From: Eledone cirrhosa
Lineage: Eukaryota
Assembly: GCA_964016885.1 (NCBI GenBank)
Contig: OZ024741.1
Span: 158,720,001 to 158,784,000, forward strand
Reading direction: 5' to 3'
Length of the DNA stretch: 64,000 nt
Shown: one piece after another, positions 37,255 to 50,471 of the stretch
Position numbering within the stretch: the stretch's first letter is position 1
Layout: every line of letters begins with the position of its first letter
Position numbers and translations under genes: made by a program
Notes under the pieces: generated by a model
Seen by the model: the letters and a program-made list of their open reading frames with translations, nothing else
Database searches by the model: none
What the model was told of the DNA's origin: nothing

Positions 37255-38548
37255 GTAAGTTGAAGACACCAATTTCACCTCTAATTGCATTCTTTAATCA
37301 AACAAGGAAAATTAAAGATTTAGCTTCTAGAACAAATGATCCCAAGCATTTTACACCATCAACTTGTCATGGAACCCTCAGCCCTTTCATGGAATTCTTG
37401 ACCTCTTGTCAACACCAGACATGTGCAAAAATAAATAAGTAAATAAATGAATTGGTAAAGAGAATATGAAATAAATATGTGTATAGAGAGACCAACTTGG
37501 TCTAGGATCATCCAATTTTTGACACCATTAACTCCTTTATGGAATCCTTCACTCCTCACCAACCCGAGGCATGTAGAAAAATAAATATGCTTAGAGAGAG
37601 ATAAACTAGATCAGAGATCTCTAAACTTTTTACACTATTCACACCTTCAAAGAATTTTTGACCCCACCCCTTCCCTCTCATTGACCTTAGGTTTGTACAA
37701 AAATATAAAGGTAGGTAAATAAATAAATCAGTAAAAAGAATATAAAAGAGAGAATAAAGATTAACCCATTAACGCATTTGAACCGGCCAAATCCGGCCAG
37801 AATTCTCTCACCTCTTTCTGTTTAAACTGGCTGCAACTGGCTACTCATATTGATATCAAGGCACTATTCTCAAAATAAATAATATCAAAATCTCATAGAT
37901 TCGAAATTATGTGAGATATTATGTGAAATAAAGCTTTTACCATGAAAATACAATAGTATATATAGAGTAATGTAAATGCTAAAGGGTTAATTATATATAA
38001 ATCAGAAACCTGTATAAGAAAGTTGTATTTTATTGTACAATTTTATATATTTTCATTTCTTATACAAATGGGAAATTTTTGTTCCAAACTTCAATTAAGC
38101 ACTGGGAAAACTTTGGGGTCCCTTGTTTTATGATAATGTTACCAAAAGGCTAAAGTATTTTGTTGAAGTATTAGATAATACTCACTGTAATAGCCCTACC
38201 CAGATATCTGGACCATCAAAACTACTAAAAACTAAAATCTATAACACTGTCACTTTTCTTCAGACTTTAAAAATAGACAGGAGATAGACTAGTACTTTTA
38301 CCAAGGGGTTATGCCTGTAAATATAGACTATGACAAACAAAGTCTTACAGAATTACCTTTAAATCTAATCTAGTTGTTTCCAAACATATTTTGTTGTGGA
38401 ACCCTTATGTAACTTCCCAAAAATCATTGAACCTATATTTTGCAAACAATCCCGAAATCAATAAAACATTAAATAAAACAAAATTGTTTTAGAAAAAAAG
38501 TATTTATTTATTTATATTAAAATGAAAAACATAAAATACTTATATGTA

Positions 38549-39230
38549 CTAGCAGAAAAACCACCCTTCGAGTGGTTTTCTGCTAGCATGTGTAGTGTAT
38601 ATATTGATATTATACATGTAGATATGATACATCAAATAAAATCGTAATTGACAATATACACAGAAATTGAACGAAGACTGTTATACTGTCATATGTAATC
38701 AGTAACAATAAAAAAAGACAATATTATATATAAACTGCATTAGGAGAAAATTAGTGACAGAAAATTAGTATGTTTATTTAAGCGATTGCCACCGGAAGTG
38801 TTGACATCACACACTCTCTCTTTCTATATATATGGTAGTTGAAGTGGTGGTGGTGGTGACGATATAGTGGAAGTGCAACTTTGAAAAGAAGTCAAGTTTA
38901 AATTATTTTTGTTTACGAAATTTAGTAGATAAATTATGTAATATTCATTCATTATTTATTCAAAGTAAATAGGTCGGTGCATTGCAGTGTTGGTAGAGGG
39001 TCGGACGCCATGCTTTGCGGTCTGAGTTCAAATCCTGCCGAGGTTAACTTTGCCTTTCATCCTTACAGGGTCAATAAAATAAAGTACCAGTAATACACTG
39101 GGATAATTGCTGGCCTTGTCCCAAATGTAGAAACAATTATTTATTCAAAGTAATCCAACTTATTTTACTAACGGGGTAAAAAAAAACAACGTACGCAATC
39201 CCGCAGACCTTCCTTTATTATAGTTTAGAT
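38549..39230 (-). mobile_element. Non-autonomous Helitron-like element carrying a SINE (38971-39140)
   Basis: CTAG + hairpin at left, ctttattatagtttaga at right; internal blocks shared with 55890-56060; SINE has attatttattcaaagtaa TSD. Confidence 0.55.
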
Positions 39231-39353
39231 GCATTCACATAAACATTAGAGATATCTCTCTCACTTGATGCAACAGAAACAATAGTTAAACACTAAAGTC
39301 ATAAATCTCTTTTGCTCTGAGAATCATTAACCCTTTCATTATTATATTTCTAA

Positions 39354-39541
39354 GGGCGGTGGATTGGCAGTATTGGTGGAGGGTTGGACGCCATGCTTTC
39401 CAGCATAGTTACGTCCCTTTATGATCTGAGTTCAAATCCCGCCGAGGTTGACTTTGCCTTTCATCCTTACGGGGTCGATAAAATAAAGTACCAGTAATGC
39501 ACTGGGTAATTGCTGGCCTTGTGCCTAAAGTAGAAACAATT
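39354..39541 (+). mobile_element. Full-length tRNA-type SINE with 16-bp TSD
   Basis: A-box-like TGGCAGTATTGG, B-box GAGTTCAAATCC; TSD attattatatttctaa. Confidence 0.9.
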
Positions 39542-40099
39542 ATTATATTTCTAATGAAAGACATTACCTATAATTTTCAAATCATTTAAAAAATAATCAA
39601 GTAATATAACTAACTTACTCATTTTCAAGCTAGTGTTTGAAGCAAAGATTCTTACATAAAATGATGGAAAGTTTTTAGATATATATAAACACAAAACAAC
39701 TCAAGCATTCTAAGGCTATCTTCCCTGATATAAAGCAGGGCTTATCCTTATGGGGCTCCATGAAAAGCTTCTTAATTTTTCCCTATTGCCTGTATTCACC
39801 TCCACTTCCACCCTTAAATACCTTAGCTTTCACTTCGTCCTCTATCATTTTTAGCCATATATTTTTTGGTCTTCTCCTCCTCTACTTTCTTCCACATTCA
39901 TTTCCATCACTCTTCTCACCCAATCACTTTCATCATTCCTCAACACTTCCATTTAGATAAATCTGAACATTTTAAAATAAAGAGTTCTGTATCATGAATC
40001 TGAATCAAGGGCAATTTCAGGCAGTTTCATATGAAAAAGATTAAATTATTAAATTTAACAATTCATCATGGTATGTTTTTTTTTTACTTTTTTTAACAG

Positions 40100-40584
40100 A
40101 TACCATTTGTGACTGATTGTGGAGCAGACAAAATCTGTTACAGTGATCTGGTTACAAATTTGCAAGTGGTTGAACCCCGAACAAATGATATTTTGCTTAT
40201 TGGTGACTCTCATGTATTTCAAATTAGAGTTACTGTCCGAAATTCTAGAGAACCTGCATACCAGCCCATTGGTACCCTACACTACCCACTTTATTTACAG
40301 TATCTCTCTAACTCTGTTACAAATGGTGTCAACTGCTCAGTAGAAAAAGTAGTCTTATTGGATAAAGAAGAGAGCAAGGTTGTTGTGTGCAACTTAAAGA
40401 ACCCTATAAGACAAGAAGACTTTACTTACAACATGACTTTTGAGATCAATGATAAACATTTGAAATTTGGTACATTTCCAATGAAGTTCTCAGTCAAATC
40501 TAAAAGTGAAGATCTGTGTGATGAAAATAATGATATTGAATTTATGGTAAAAATGAGAAAAAAGGCACAATTAAATGTAAATGC
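40100..40584 (+). CDS. Integrin alpha exon I (genu + calf-1)
   Basis: ttttaacag|IPFVTDCGADKICYSDL...RNSREPAY...VCNLKNPI...AQLNVN(A)|gtaagt; phase 0 to 2. Confidence 0.96.
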
Positions 40585-41039
40585 GTAAGTATTTAAATAT
40601 TGTTCTAATTGCTTCACATTTGGTGATAATTTCCTTCTTCTTCTATACTTAAACCGTGTTGAACATTATTGCACAGTAATCTTGAATATTTAATTGACTA
40701 AATGCCACATGTTTAAATGATATCCTCTTTGTCATCATCATTTTAAATCCAACTTTATTATGAGAAAGTTATATTACTGAATCTCTACTAACATCACACA
40801 TCTACCACATAATTTTACTATCCCTGTGATCCCATTACATCTCTTGCCAGGGATCTGTGTCTTGTTTATGTTGAGTCTCACATTCCACTAAGTGCACAGG
40901 AGAGGTTGTCTTTCAAGATGTTGTAATACAACAAAGAAGAGACTCAGAATAACAACAAAAGTAGTCAATGAGGAGGTCACAGAATGTGTCAAATTCTTGA
41001 TTGTTCTCAAAATCTTCATCTTAACCTACTTATTCCTGA

Positions 41040-41450
41040 GAGGGTCATGAGGGCAGAGTTCTCAAACACTCTTCCAGTGGGTCCTGTCAGAAGCAATCAT
41101 CTCCAACTGATCCGGCTGAATCCCCAAGCATGACCAGCCAAGCTTATGGATGTTATCCAAACATCTCACTCTGGGTCTCTTGCTGGTTGGTTTTTTGCTC
41201 GTAAAATCTGTCCAGTGATTGATTGTTTTCTGAGATATTCTAACCACATGCCCATAATATTGGAGCTGTGATCCCTCAATTCAGAGAAGTAGCGGCTCTA
41301 CTTTGAGTGACTCTCTGGTCTCTGAGCTACGCATTCTATTGAGTAACATTACTCCAAAGACCGTCGGAGGCATTCCATTTCGGTCGCTTGTATTTGCGAT
41401 TGTATTCTTTCGGTCATTACCCATTGTTCTCAAAATGATTTGAAAATTAT
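41040..41450 (-). pseudogene. Decayed RTE (BovB-like) 3' fragment
   Basis: Minus-strand RMRSSETRESLKVEPLLL..SQLQYYGHVVR; related to 61330-61650 and 45250-45520. Confidence 0.7.
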
Positions 41451-41540
41451 AAGTAGTGTCTTTCATTAGAAATATGGTAGCAAAAGAGTTAATAAGACAA
41501 AGTAAGAACAAACAATAATTTTGGTTATGTTTTTCTGCAG

Positions 41541-41739
41541 GTCACCAGAACCACAGTACATTGTTGTCAGTGACAAAAGAAATAAAAGTTCAGAAATACA
41601 AACTGCTGTACATAGATATGTCTTCTATAATTTTGGACCTAGTGAATTAAAAAAGGTCCTCTTTTCTGGCAGTATTAGAAATATCATTCAGAATATTAAT
41701 GACAAAGATAAAAAGATTATTCAAGATGCTACTTTGGAG
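41541..41739 (+). CDS. Integrin alpha exon J (calf-2 start)
   Basis: ttttctgcag|SPEPQYIVV...VHRYVFYNFGPSEL...DATLE|gtaaga; phase 2 to 0; HxYxxxNxGPS calf-2 motif. Confidence 0.93.
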
Positions 41740-42310
41740 GTAAGAAAATATGATAATTATTAATGAGAACACAACCATTGCATAAGTATATAAGTATGTG
41801 AATATATGCATATGTATGTACATCCACACATATACATACATGTATTTACATACATGCATACAAACACACACAGGCATACATACATACACACACACACATA
41901 CATATATACTTTTGGGTCCCAAATAATAGAGGGGTGGGGTGGAAAATTGGTAATTTTTCTAGGTTGTCTCCATTGATTTTAAAAAAAAAATAGAATTAGT
42001 TGTTTAGTTTAGATATTGAGGCCCCAGCACATCCTATTTATATTATAACATATGGGATTTCTAATAATATACTTTTTTTGTCATATAAAAGGATTTTTAA
42101 TGTGTTACAGAAAATTGTTGCAGAAATGCTACCACTTAAAATAAAATTTTGCCAGAAATAGATTCGCAAAATTTAATGAGCGGGGTGGTTGGAATAAGAG
42201 TTGGGGATGGAAAAACTCTGAAAAATTAATAAGCCAGGGTAATGATTATTCAAGATCCGTACATACATACATGCATACCTGCATGCATGCATACATACAT
42301 ACATACATAC

Positions 42311-43715
42311 GATAGACGAAATCTGAGCAGTTGATGTTGGAACTCGAAAAATACTGAACAACACCGAAAACTTCCACATCAACAGTGACATAGACCGCCT
42401 TTACTTGAAACGTAAGCGGGGAGGCAGAGGCCTAACATCAGTCCAGACAACATTTGAATGTCGCATCATATCTCTCCGACAACATCTACGAACCTCGAAG
42501 CGTAGGAGCCCGCTTCTCGAGCAAGTCTATCTGCATGAAACAGATAAGATCATGAGAGTTGGGAAGGAACTCCTTGAGAGTTATTCCCTGTGTGATAATC
42601 AAAAACTCACACCCAGGGATGTCGCTCAGCAGTATCGCAGTGAATCCATGGATGAAAAACTGCATGCCTATCAGCAAAAAATCATGCATGAATATGTTGC
42701 CAGGAAGCTCCAGAGTGAGAGTAATATAGATAAGGAAAGTAGTCTATCTTGGACCAACAACCACTATATTGGCTCCCACTTTGAAGGATACGCTTTTGCA
42801 ATCCAAGAACAGGAGATTAGCACAAAATACCTGATTCACAAAAGAGATAGGATGCAGGCAAAACACCTAGATGTGATAACAAGTGCAGACTCTGCAGAAC
42901 TAACATCGAGGATATCACCCATGTCATCAGCAGCTGCCCAAAGATGTCATCGCGGTACTATCTACCTATGAGGCATGATGTAGTGGCCAAAACACTGTAC
43001 AATGCAGTTCGTAAAAAAGATAGCCCCGATAACAAACACATTAAAAGCTACAACAATGTGGAAGACATCCATGTACATAATATGAAAGAGTACTGGTGGA
43101 ATGTTCCAGTAAAAACCCCAATAAAATGCAGGCATAACAGACCAGATATTATGATATGGGACAGGGAGAAGAAAACATGCACAGTAGTGGAAATTAGCTG
43201 CCCAGCAGATGCCAATATAATATCAAAGATTAGTGAAAAGGAGAATATTTATGCAGAACTGATGAGAAATCTGCAGATACTCCACCCTGATTACACCTTC
43301 AGATTTATGCCTGTGATTATTGGGGCACTGGGGTATGTTAGTAACTGCCTCACTACAAATCTTGAGAAGCTATGCTTCACAGGAACAGAAAGAACACAAC
43401 TAGTTAGGAAATTACAAGTACAATCTATTAATGGAACAGTAAAAATATGTAAAACATTCCAAAAATGTTGCATCTAATAACTGCATATACACATGTACAG
43501 ATACAAAGCATATACACATGCACACATACAACTCAAAACATACACATCCACACATACAATAACATCCATATCTACACATGCATGCATGCAGACATACATA
43601 CATATCTACCTAGTTGATGTTGTGTAAATTCCAATGAGAGAGAGTCTTGTGTCTATGTTAGAAACCGACTCTCTCTCTATTAGTAAAACTTTGTGAAATT
43701 ATAAAACCAGAAGAA
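42311..43715 (+). mobile_element. R4/Dong-like non-LTR retrotransposon 3' portion (RLE endonuclease), one frameshift near 42850
   Basis: DRLYLKRKRGGRGL, AIQEQEISTK, CRLC..EDITHVISSC knuckle, RHD, NRPDIMIWD..VVEISCP..EKENIY; (CATA)n on both sides. Confidence 0.88.
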
Positions 43716-44760
43716 CATACATACATGTTATCCTTTCTGTTGCCTTTATCCCTTTTTCTAATTTATTATCACACAATATATTTAGTGAATATATAGAACA
43801 GTATTCATCATCATTATCTTATGTCAGCTTATGTCAAATCTTATGTCAAATCCCGCTGAGGTTAACTTTGCCTTTCATCCTTACGGGGTCGATAAAATAA
43901 AGTACCAGTAATACACTGGGTAATTGCTGGCCTTGTGCCAAAAGTAGAAACAATTATCTTATGTCAGCTTTCCATGTGTTGGACAAGTCATCATGATCCA
44001 AGTTAGTTCTTATTCAGAGTTACTGCCCTTCTAGATAAGTTGAAGAATCATGTTTCACTCATATGCTCCATTTTTGGCATGGTTTCTAAGACTGGATGCC
44101 TTTCCTATCACCAACCACTTTACAGAATGTACTGGATGTATCATATTCTGACACTAACACAGGTGAGGTTGTCATGTTTTCAACTGGACTAATGAATCCT
44201 TTCAACCCAATGTTGTTTCCACTTGTTTACCAACCCCTTTACAGAGTGTACTGGGTGCATTTTATCATGGCACCAACAATAGAGATATTGTCATTTTCTC
44301 AGCTGGACTAAAGAGTCCTCTTGAATATATTCATTTGCCAACCACTTTACAGTGTGTACCGGATGCATTTTATCATGGTACCAACACTGGAAAGCTTGTC
44401 ATGTCTTTAGCATGACTTAAGGAGTCCTCTCAACTCTAAGGTGTCTTGTTTGCCCAACCACTTTACTGAGTGGGCATATTTTATTGTAGTACTAATGCTA
44501 GTGAGGTTGCCTAGTATCTTGTAATACTAAAGAGTACTCACTACGATATGATATATCTCCATGAGTTCAGAGTAACATAACTAAGAAAGTAAAGAGAAGA
44601 CAGAGATAAATGACAAGAACAATTAGAGTGAATGGGTGAAGAAGGAAACATAACAACTAGGGTAAGAAAGTAGTAGAAAGAAGAGATATCTTTATCACAC
44701 AATATGATACTTAGTAAATATATGCAACTGTGTTGATACCATTTCTGTTATTTTCTTCAG

Positions 44761-44802
44761 CTCATTCAAAAAACGACACTTCCACTTGTATATTGTACCA
44801 AG
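44761..44802 (+). CDS. Integrin alpha exon K (short, calf-2)
   Basis: ttattttcttcag|LIQKTTLPLVYCTK|gtaagt; 42 nt, strong sites, phase 0 to 0. Confidence 0.8.
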
Positions 44803-46689
44803 GTAAGTTATTTTGTTTTCTCTTCTGTTCACAAAAAGCCTTTTCAGTTGTTTAATGGTAAATGATTACATCTTAGAATAGTGATAGATTAACTTGGTTT
44901 AGGCAACCTCACTAGCTATACTAATTACAAAAGAATGAGGAAAAAGGTGACTAAGCGAAAGAGAAAGAGAGGCGATGATAGAAAGAGAGTGAGGCACAGA
45001 AAGCATTATATTAGATAAACCCTTCGTTGGTTTTGACAAGAAGCATTCAATTGTTTGGTCAACTTGACACCATACTCATTAAAGGAGTATGTAAGTGACA
45101 GTGTATTCCATAGACACATGTATCTTTAACATAATTCGCAGGCAGAATCAACATGACACAATATGACAAAGCTGGGTCTTTGAATAACTTGTGTAATCCA
45201 TCTAATAGGCTTCCACATAGTTTCCATCTACATCATTTTACTCAAGCCACTACTTTTCTGAATTGAGAGATCACAGTTCTAGTATTATAGACATATGGCT
45301 AGAATGTCTAAGAAAAGGATTGCTGGACAAATTTTATGAGTAAAACCATCTGGCAGGAGATCCAGAGATAAATCACAAGCAAGAACGTTGGATAATATCC
45401 ATGAGTTCAGTAGGTCTCAATTTGGGATCCAGTCAAATCCTTTGGAAATAATTGCTTTTGATAGGATCCTTTCAAAGGAGTGTCTGATGTTCTCAAGAAT
45501 AGGTGGACAAAAAAGAAGATGGATGATGATGATTGTGATGGTGATGGTGGTGATGGTGATGATGATAATGATGATGATGACGATGATGATGATGATGGTG
45601 GTGGTGGTGATCGGGATGATTGTGTCAACCTGCAGCTATTGTAATAAAAAAAAGAATTAAATAAACACAGCAAGATTGAATTAAGAATCTCATGATTTCA
45701 AAACAAACTTCTTAATTACTCAACCATGTCTACATCTATATTAGATATTCAGGAGTTAAATGGCTAAACATCCCTTACACTAGGTGTGTTCACAACTCTA
45801 AGCAACAGAAGTACTGTATATTTGACAGATGTCCTGCTAAGATTCCAATGCTGCATTCAAATATGTATGTAAGTGATGCATGCGTGACAATATTCACATA
45901 AGGGCTTAATATAGGATCCAATAAATTATGGCACATAAACAGTGATATATTATGAAAAAATGGTAGAGAAAGCAAATGATGTGTTGCATATTTGAAGGAC
46001 AGTAGTTTCACACAGAAATACCAGCTCTTTCAAAATAAAACAGATATGAAAAAAAATAATTATGCCATTGTTATTTTATACTATTCCAAAATGTGGAAGT
46101 CATTATTTAAGTACTATGATAATGAGTCTTGTAGTCTATAAAACTGTAAAAAAAAAAAATAAAATAAAAATGGTTAAATAAATAAATGAATAATAATTTT
46201 TATATTTATATTACTTCTTAAGAAAACACTCCAGAGCACACAACCATTTATTGTTCTACTGGTTATCATGACACCCCAATCAAAAACAAAGGCACAAACA
46301 TGCACACACACAGATATATATGAATAAACACAAACACATATGTATAGAAAAATATGTGTATATATGCACACGAGTAGCCCTGCCTATGCATTCAAACACT
46401 TACATACATAAAAAGAAATAGGACTGATGTTTATATATATATACCCATCATCTCATAAATCACAACAAACACTATATTTTTTGTTGAATTGTCAGTCTAA
46501 AGAGCAGGTTGATAATGGAGTCAGATCTATAACTTCTATGGGTGATCCTGAGCCAATCCTCTGTGAAATGTGTGCAATAAAAAACTACATGTAAAAGAAA
46601 ATTCACTGCTTTTCTTAATTTATACATTCTGCCTGTGCATTAAGTGCTAACTTTGGTACCACCACCAGTAATTCACTGAATCATATACA

Positions 46690-46722
<33 letters not shown>

Positions 46723-47870
46723 TGCATATGAATGAATAAAGAGTAAGGTGAAAATGCCTGAAGGAAGCACTTTGGATAAAGTGTTTACAAACAAGTAGAG
46801 TTTATATGTAATAATGAGTTTAATGTAATAAAACTATCCTCATAATTTCAAGAGTGAAACTCCCATTAGGGGTGTTCAAGTCATGGAAAGTATCAAGAAA
46901 GATAACTCTTATAGTCTAAGCTGATCAAAGATTTCAAAAACTTTCAGACATTGCAGTGGGAGTGAATCTTTTTCTTGTCTGTAAGCCAAATCAGTGAAAA
47001 CATTAGACACATTTTGATCTTATTATATCTCCTCAGGGAAGCATATTCACTTTCCAAATTGGTCAGATGTAGATATAGAAAAGAGGAAAAGAATAATGTG
47101 CTGATTATGTGTCTGTATATATATATGTGAAGGCACATGGCTTAGTGGTTAGGGCATTGGGCTTGCAATTGGGAGGTTGTGAGTTTGATTCTCGGACCGA
47201 GTAATGCGTTGTGTCCTTCAGCAAGACCCTTTATTTTATATTGCTCTAGTTTATTCAGCTGCAGAAATGAGTTGTGATGTCACTGATGCTAAGCTGTATT
47301 GGCCATTGCCTTTCCTTTGGACAACATCGGTGGTGTGGAGAGGGGAGGCTGGTGCGCATGGCCGACTGCTGGTCTTCCATAAATAAACCTTGCCCAGACA
47401 TGTGCCTCAGAGGGGAGCTTTCTAGGTGCAAATCCCATAGTCATAGTGATGAAAGGGGGTCTTTATATGTATATCATTATCATCATTGTTTAACATCTAT
47501 CTTCCATGCTAGCATGGGTTTAGATGGGAGTTGTCCCACTTGAGGCAAGATTGGTTGTCTCGCTCATATAGGACTATCTGGCAGGTTTTCTATGGCTGGA
47601 TGCCCTTCCTAACACCAACCACATTTACAGTGTGGACCACATTTATATATATATATATGAAATTTGAAACACCTAAGTCCCAACTAGAATGACCATAATA
47701 ATAGGCAATCTACTTTTTTTTTAAGTTACCTGATTTTCACAACTATTGTTTATAGTAATGGATTATTATTATCATCTTTTGCTTTAGGATGCACACATTT
47801 CAAATTTTCATATTACTTCTTACGAGTGTCAGCTGAAAAATTCACAGGCTGACCAAGATACTCTCATGGA

Positions 47871-48181
47871 ATGAGCAAATGGAATGTAGACTATAGGATA
47901 AGATGTACAGAGGGACTGTGCAGAAACAAGACAAAGGCATACATAGGAGAGACAGCCCGTAATATAGGAGAGAGAGATTAAAGGAACACTGGTGGGACCT
48001 TAAGGAGGAGAAAAGCTCATCAGTGCTATATAAACATGTCAAACTAGAACACAAGGGCTCAGTAAATAACATAGAAATAAAGACCCTATCCACACATAGA
48101 ACTGACACAACACTCAGACAAATTACGGAGGCCACACACATAATAGAAGATAGTCCTAGCCTGAAGAGAACACATGAGTAG
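47871..48181 (+). pseudogene. Penelope-like GIY-YIG endonuclease remnant
   Basis: NVDYRIRC..C..AYIGETARNIGER / LKEH..SVLYKH..EH..RQITEA..I..PSL; 2-nt slip in (GA)n at ~47975 (missed by ORF track). Confidence 0.82.
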
Positions 48182-48575
48182 AATAGTAACAGCTTGTAAC
48201 TTAATTACTGAAGACAGAATAGCAAAAAAAAAAAAAGAGAAAACAAATACAAATCCACACACATTTAAAACACACATATACATGACAAACAGAAAAACAC
48301 ATACATAGATAAGATGGAGTAGAAGTTTAAGACCAGGAAAAAGAAGAGGCACAAAACAGATAGTCATTGAGGAGGTCATAGAGTGTGTGATGAAAGAACT
48401 TTGACAAACGAATAAACAATGAATACTAAAGATAGTGATAAAGTGAAAATTACATGGTGCATGTGTTTCTTTCTGTTGGCAATATTGGCAACATGACTAT
48501 CCCCAAATATAACAATACCAGTTTCAACGCATGGTTTCATATCAAGAATCTTGCAGAACAAATACATATATATAT

Positions 48576-50108
48576 CTAGTAGCTGAGTAGCCTGTCATTG
48601 CCAGGCAATAATCACAATAGTATGTCTTTATTTCATTTTTTTTTTTTATTCCATGTCAAACCATGTCTCCCCCTGAAGGTAGTCCCCTTGATGAGGACAT
48701 CTAAAGTAAAGCTGACCATGGTTGAAGCAGGGTTCTTCAAGGTGTAAACCGGCAACCAAAAATTTTTGTCCTTCTGATTTGTTGATAGTCATGGCAAAAG
48801 TAAGACTCACTGGAAATTGAAGTCATTTGAATTGAAATGGGACATCAGTGGGGATAAGAGGAATTCTTGGTTCGAACACATCCTCTTCCCTACAACATCT
48901 TGTTGAAATGGTGGCTTGAATCATATGTGGATACATATTTTTCACAATCAATCGAGTGCTGTTGTATAGCCTTGGTGGGTCCAAATTCCTCAATAACATG
49001 ATGGGTGCTCTTTCTTTAAGGTGAAGGACATGTGAAGAAATTCCTGATGGTTCTAAAGAGTTGAGGAACTCTGTCGGGTAACTGACAGATTCTGACTGTT
49101 CCACCACAGTGTTGACAGATCAATAGAGCTTCAAAACCTTTAGAATTCTTTTTAGCGTCTGTTGATTTGCCAATTTCACAGTCACATTTTTCAGGGCCAA
49201 TATAGCCCTTTCACTGAGCCACTTGTGACTTGCGAACTCATATTCAAGATTAAGAAACACTTTTTCTATGAGATGAAATAATGATTCCACCATTGTGCCT
49301 ATGGGACTTATATCAATAGCTCTCTTGCTATCTTCAGGAAGTGTTTCATCCCCAAGCATTAATAGATTCTGGGCGAACTGCTCTGATTGTTTGTCTCCAT
49401 GAAGATATGCCCTCATTTTTGTAATGAGCTTCAAAACTTTGATAGAAGCCCAAAGTGTTGATTTTTTTCAAACAGGCTCGGATTTCATCAATCCAATTGC
49501 CTTTTGGAATGACTGGGAGAGTTTGAATAAAATCTCCTCCTCCTACTGCTACTACTACAATCACCACCATCACCATTACAATTACTACTACTACCGCCAC
49601 CATCACTAATTCTACTACTACTACCACCACCACTACCAATACTACCACTACTACTACCACCACCCCTACCACTACTATTACTACTACCACAACCACCACC
49701 ACCACCACCACCACCACTACTACTACTATTACCATAACCACCACTATGACCACAACTAGTACTACTACTATCACCACCACCACCACCATAGAATATATAA
49801 AAAGAGAGTGAGAGAGTAAGGTAATGATATATACAGAGGAGGAAAGCCTAAAATACAGAAAGAGACATAAAGATATATGTAGAGAGAGGTATTGTGGTAA
49901 TTGTGGATTGTAATGATGTGGTGATCTTGAAGTTGATTTATATCTCGTAACAATTATATTTTTTGATAACTAACAACCCTAAAACATTTTCCTTGGGTCA
50001 CAGATTTCGGAAATGAAAACCGTTTTTCTCTAGAATGCACTGTTTCTTAGCCTTTGGGAGACATACACATACACATAAACACACATACATTCCCATTTAT
50101 AGTATATA
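48576..50108 (-). mobile_element. Helitron with decayed PIF1-type helicase (48670-49525)
   Basis: GGDFIQTLPVIP, WLSERAILA, YPTEFLNSL, PIMLLRNLDPPRL, RIPLIPTDVPFQFK, QFPVSLTFAMTINKSEGQ, HGQLY; 3' hairpin + CTAG at 48576-48606. Confidence 0.88.
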
Positions 50109-50276
50109 TATTCACTAAAAGTCAGTTACATGGGATCAGCATGGCAGTCTCCAGCATGAAGAAGTCGAAATATTTATCGGCTGAAACCGGTACTATAAAT
50201 TAATTAAAAAAAAATTGTTTTGCTGTTATTCTATGAGAAAATCCTATTAGCATTTTCTACTTTTTTTCTTATTTTC

Positions 50277-50315
<39 letters not shown>

Positions 50316-50357
50316 CACACACACACACATATATATATATATAATTTTCTATTGTAG

Positions 50358-50471
50358 CCAGAAATAATTCAGAATAAATACCACTTCAATTGTACAATCA
50401 AGCAGTTTCCAAAATCATTTTCTTTCAATTTTGAAATAAAGTTAAAACTTTTCACTCATTTTACAGCATCT
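50358..50471 (+). CDS. Integrin alpha exon L (calf-2)
   Basis: ttctattgtag|PEIIQNKYHFNCTIKQFPKSFSFNFEIKLKLFTHFTAS|gtaagt; phase 0 to 0. Confidence 0.85.

Noticed and set aside
39354-39445. tRNA genes suggested by A/B boxes
   Set aside because: Heads of multi-copy SINEs with TSDs; no cloverleaf.
47788-47875. Possible extra integrin exon after tttgctttag
   Set aside because: No phase-compatible strong donor; runs into a mariner MITE end.
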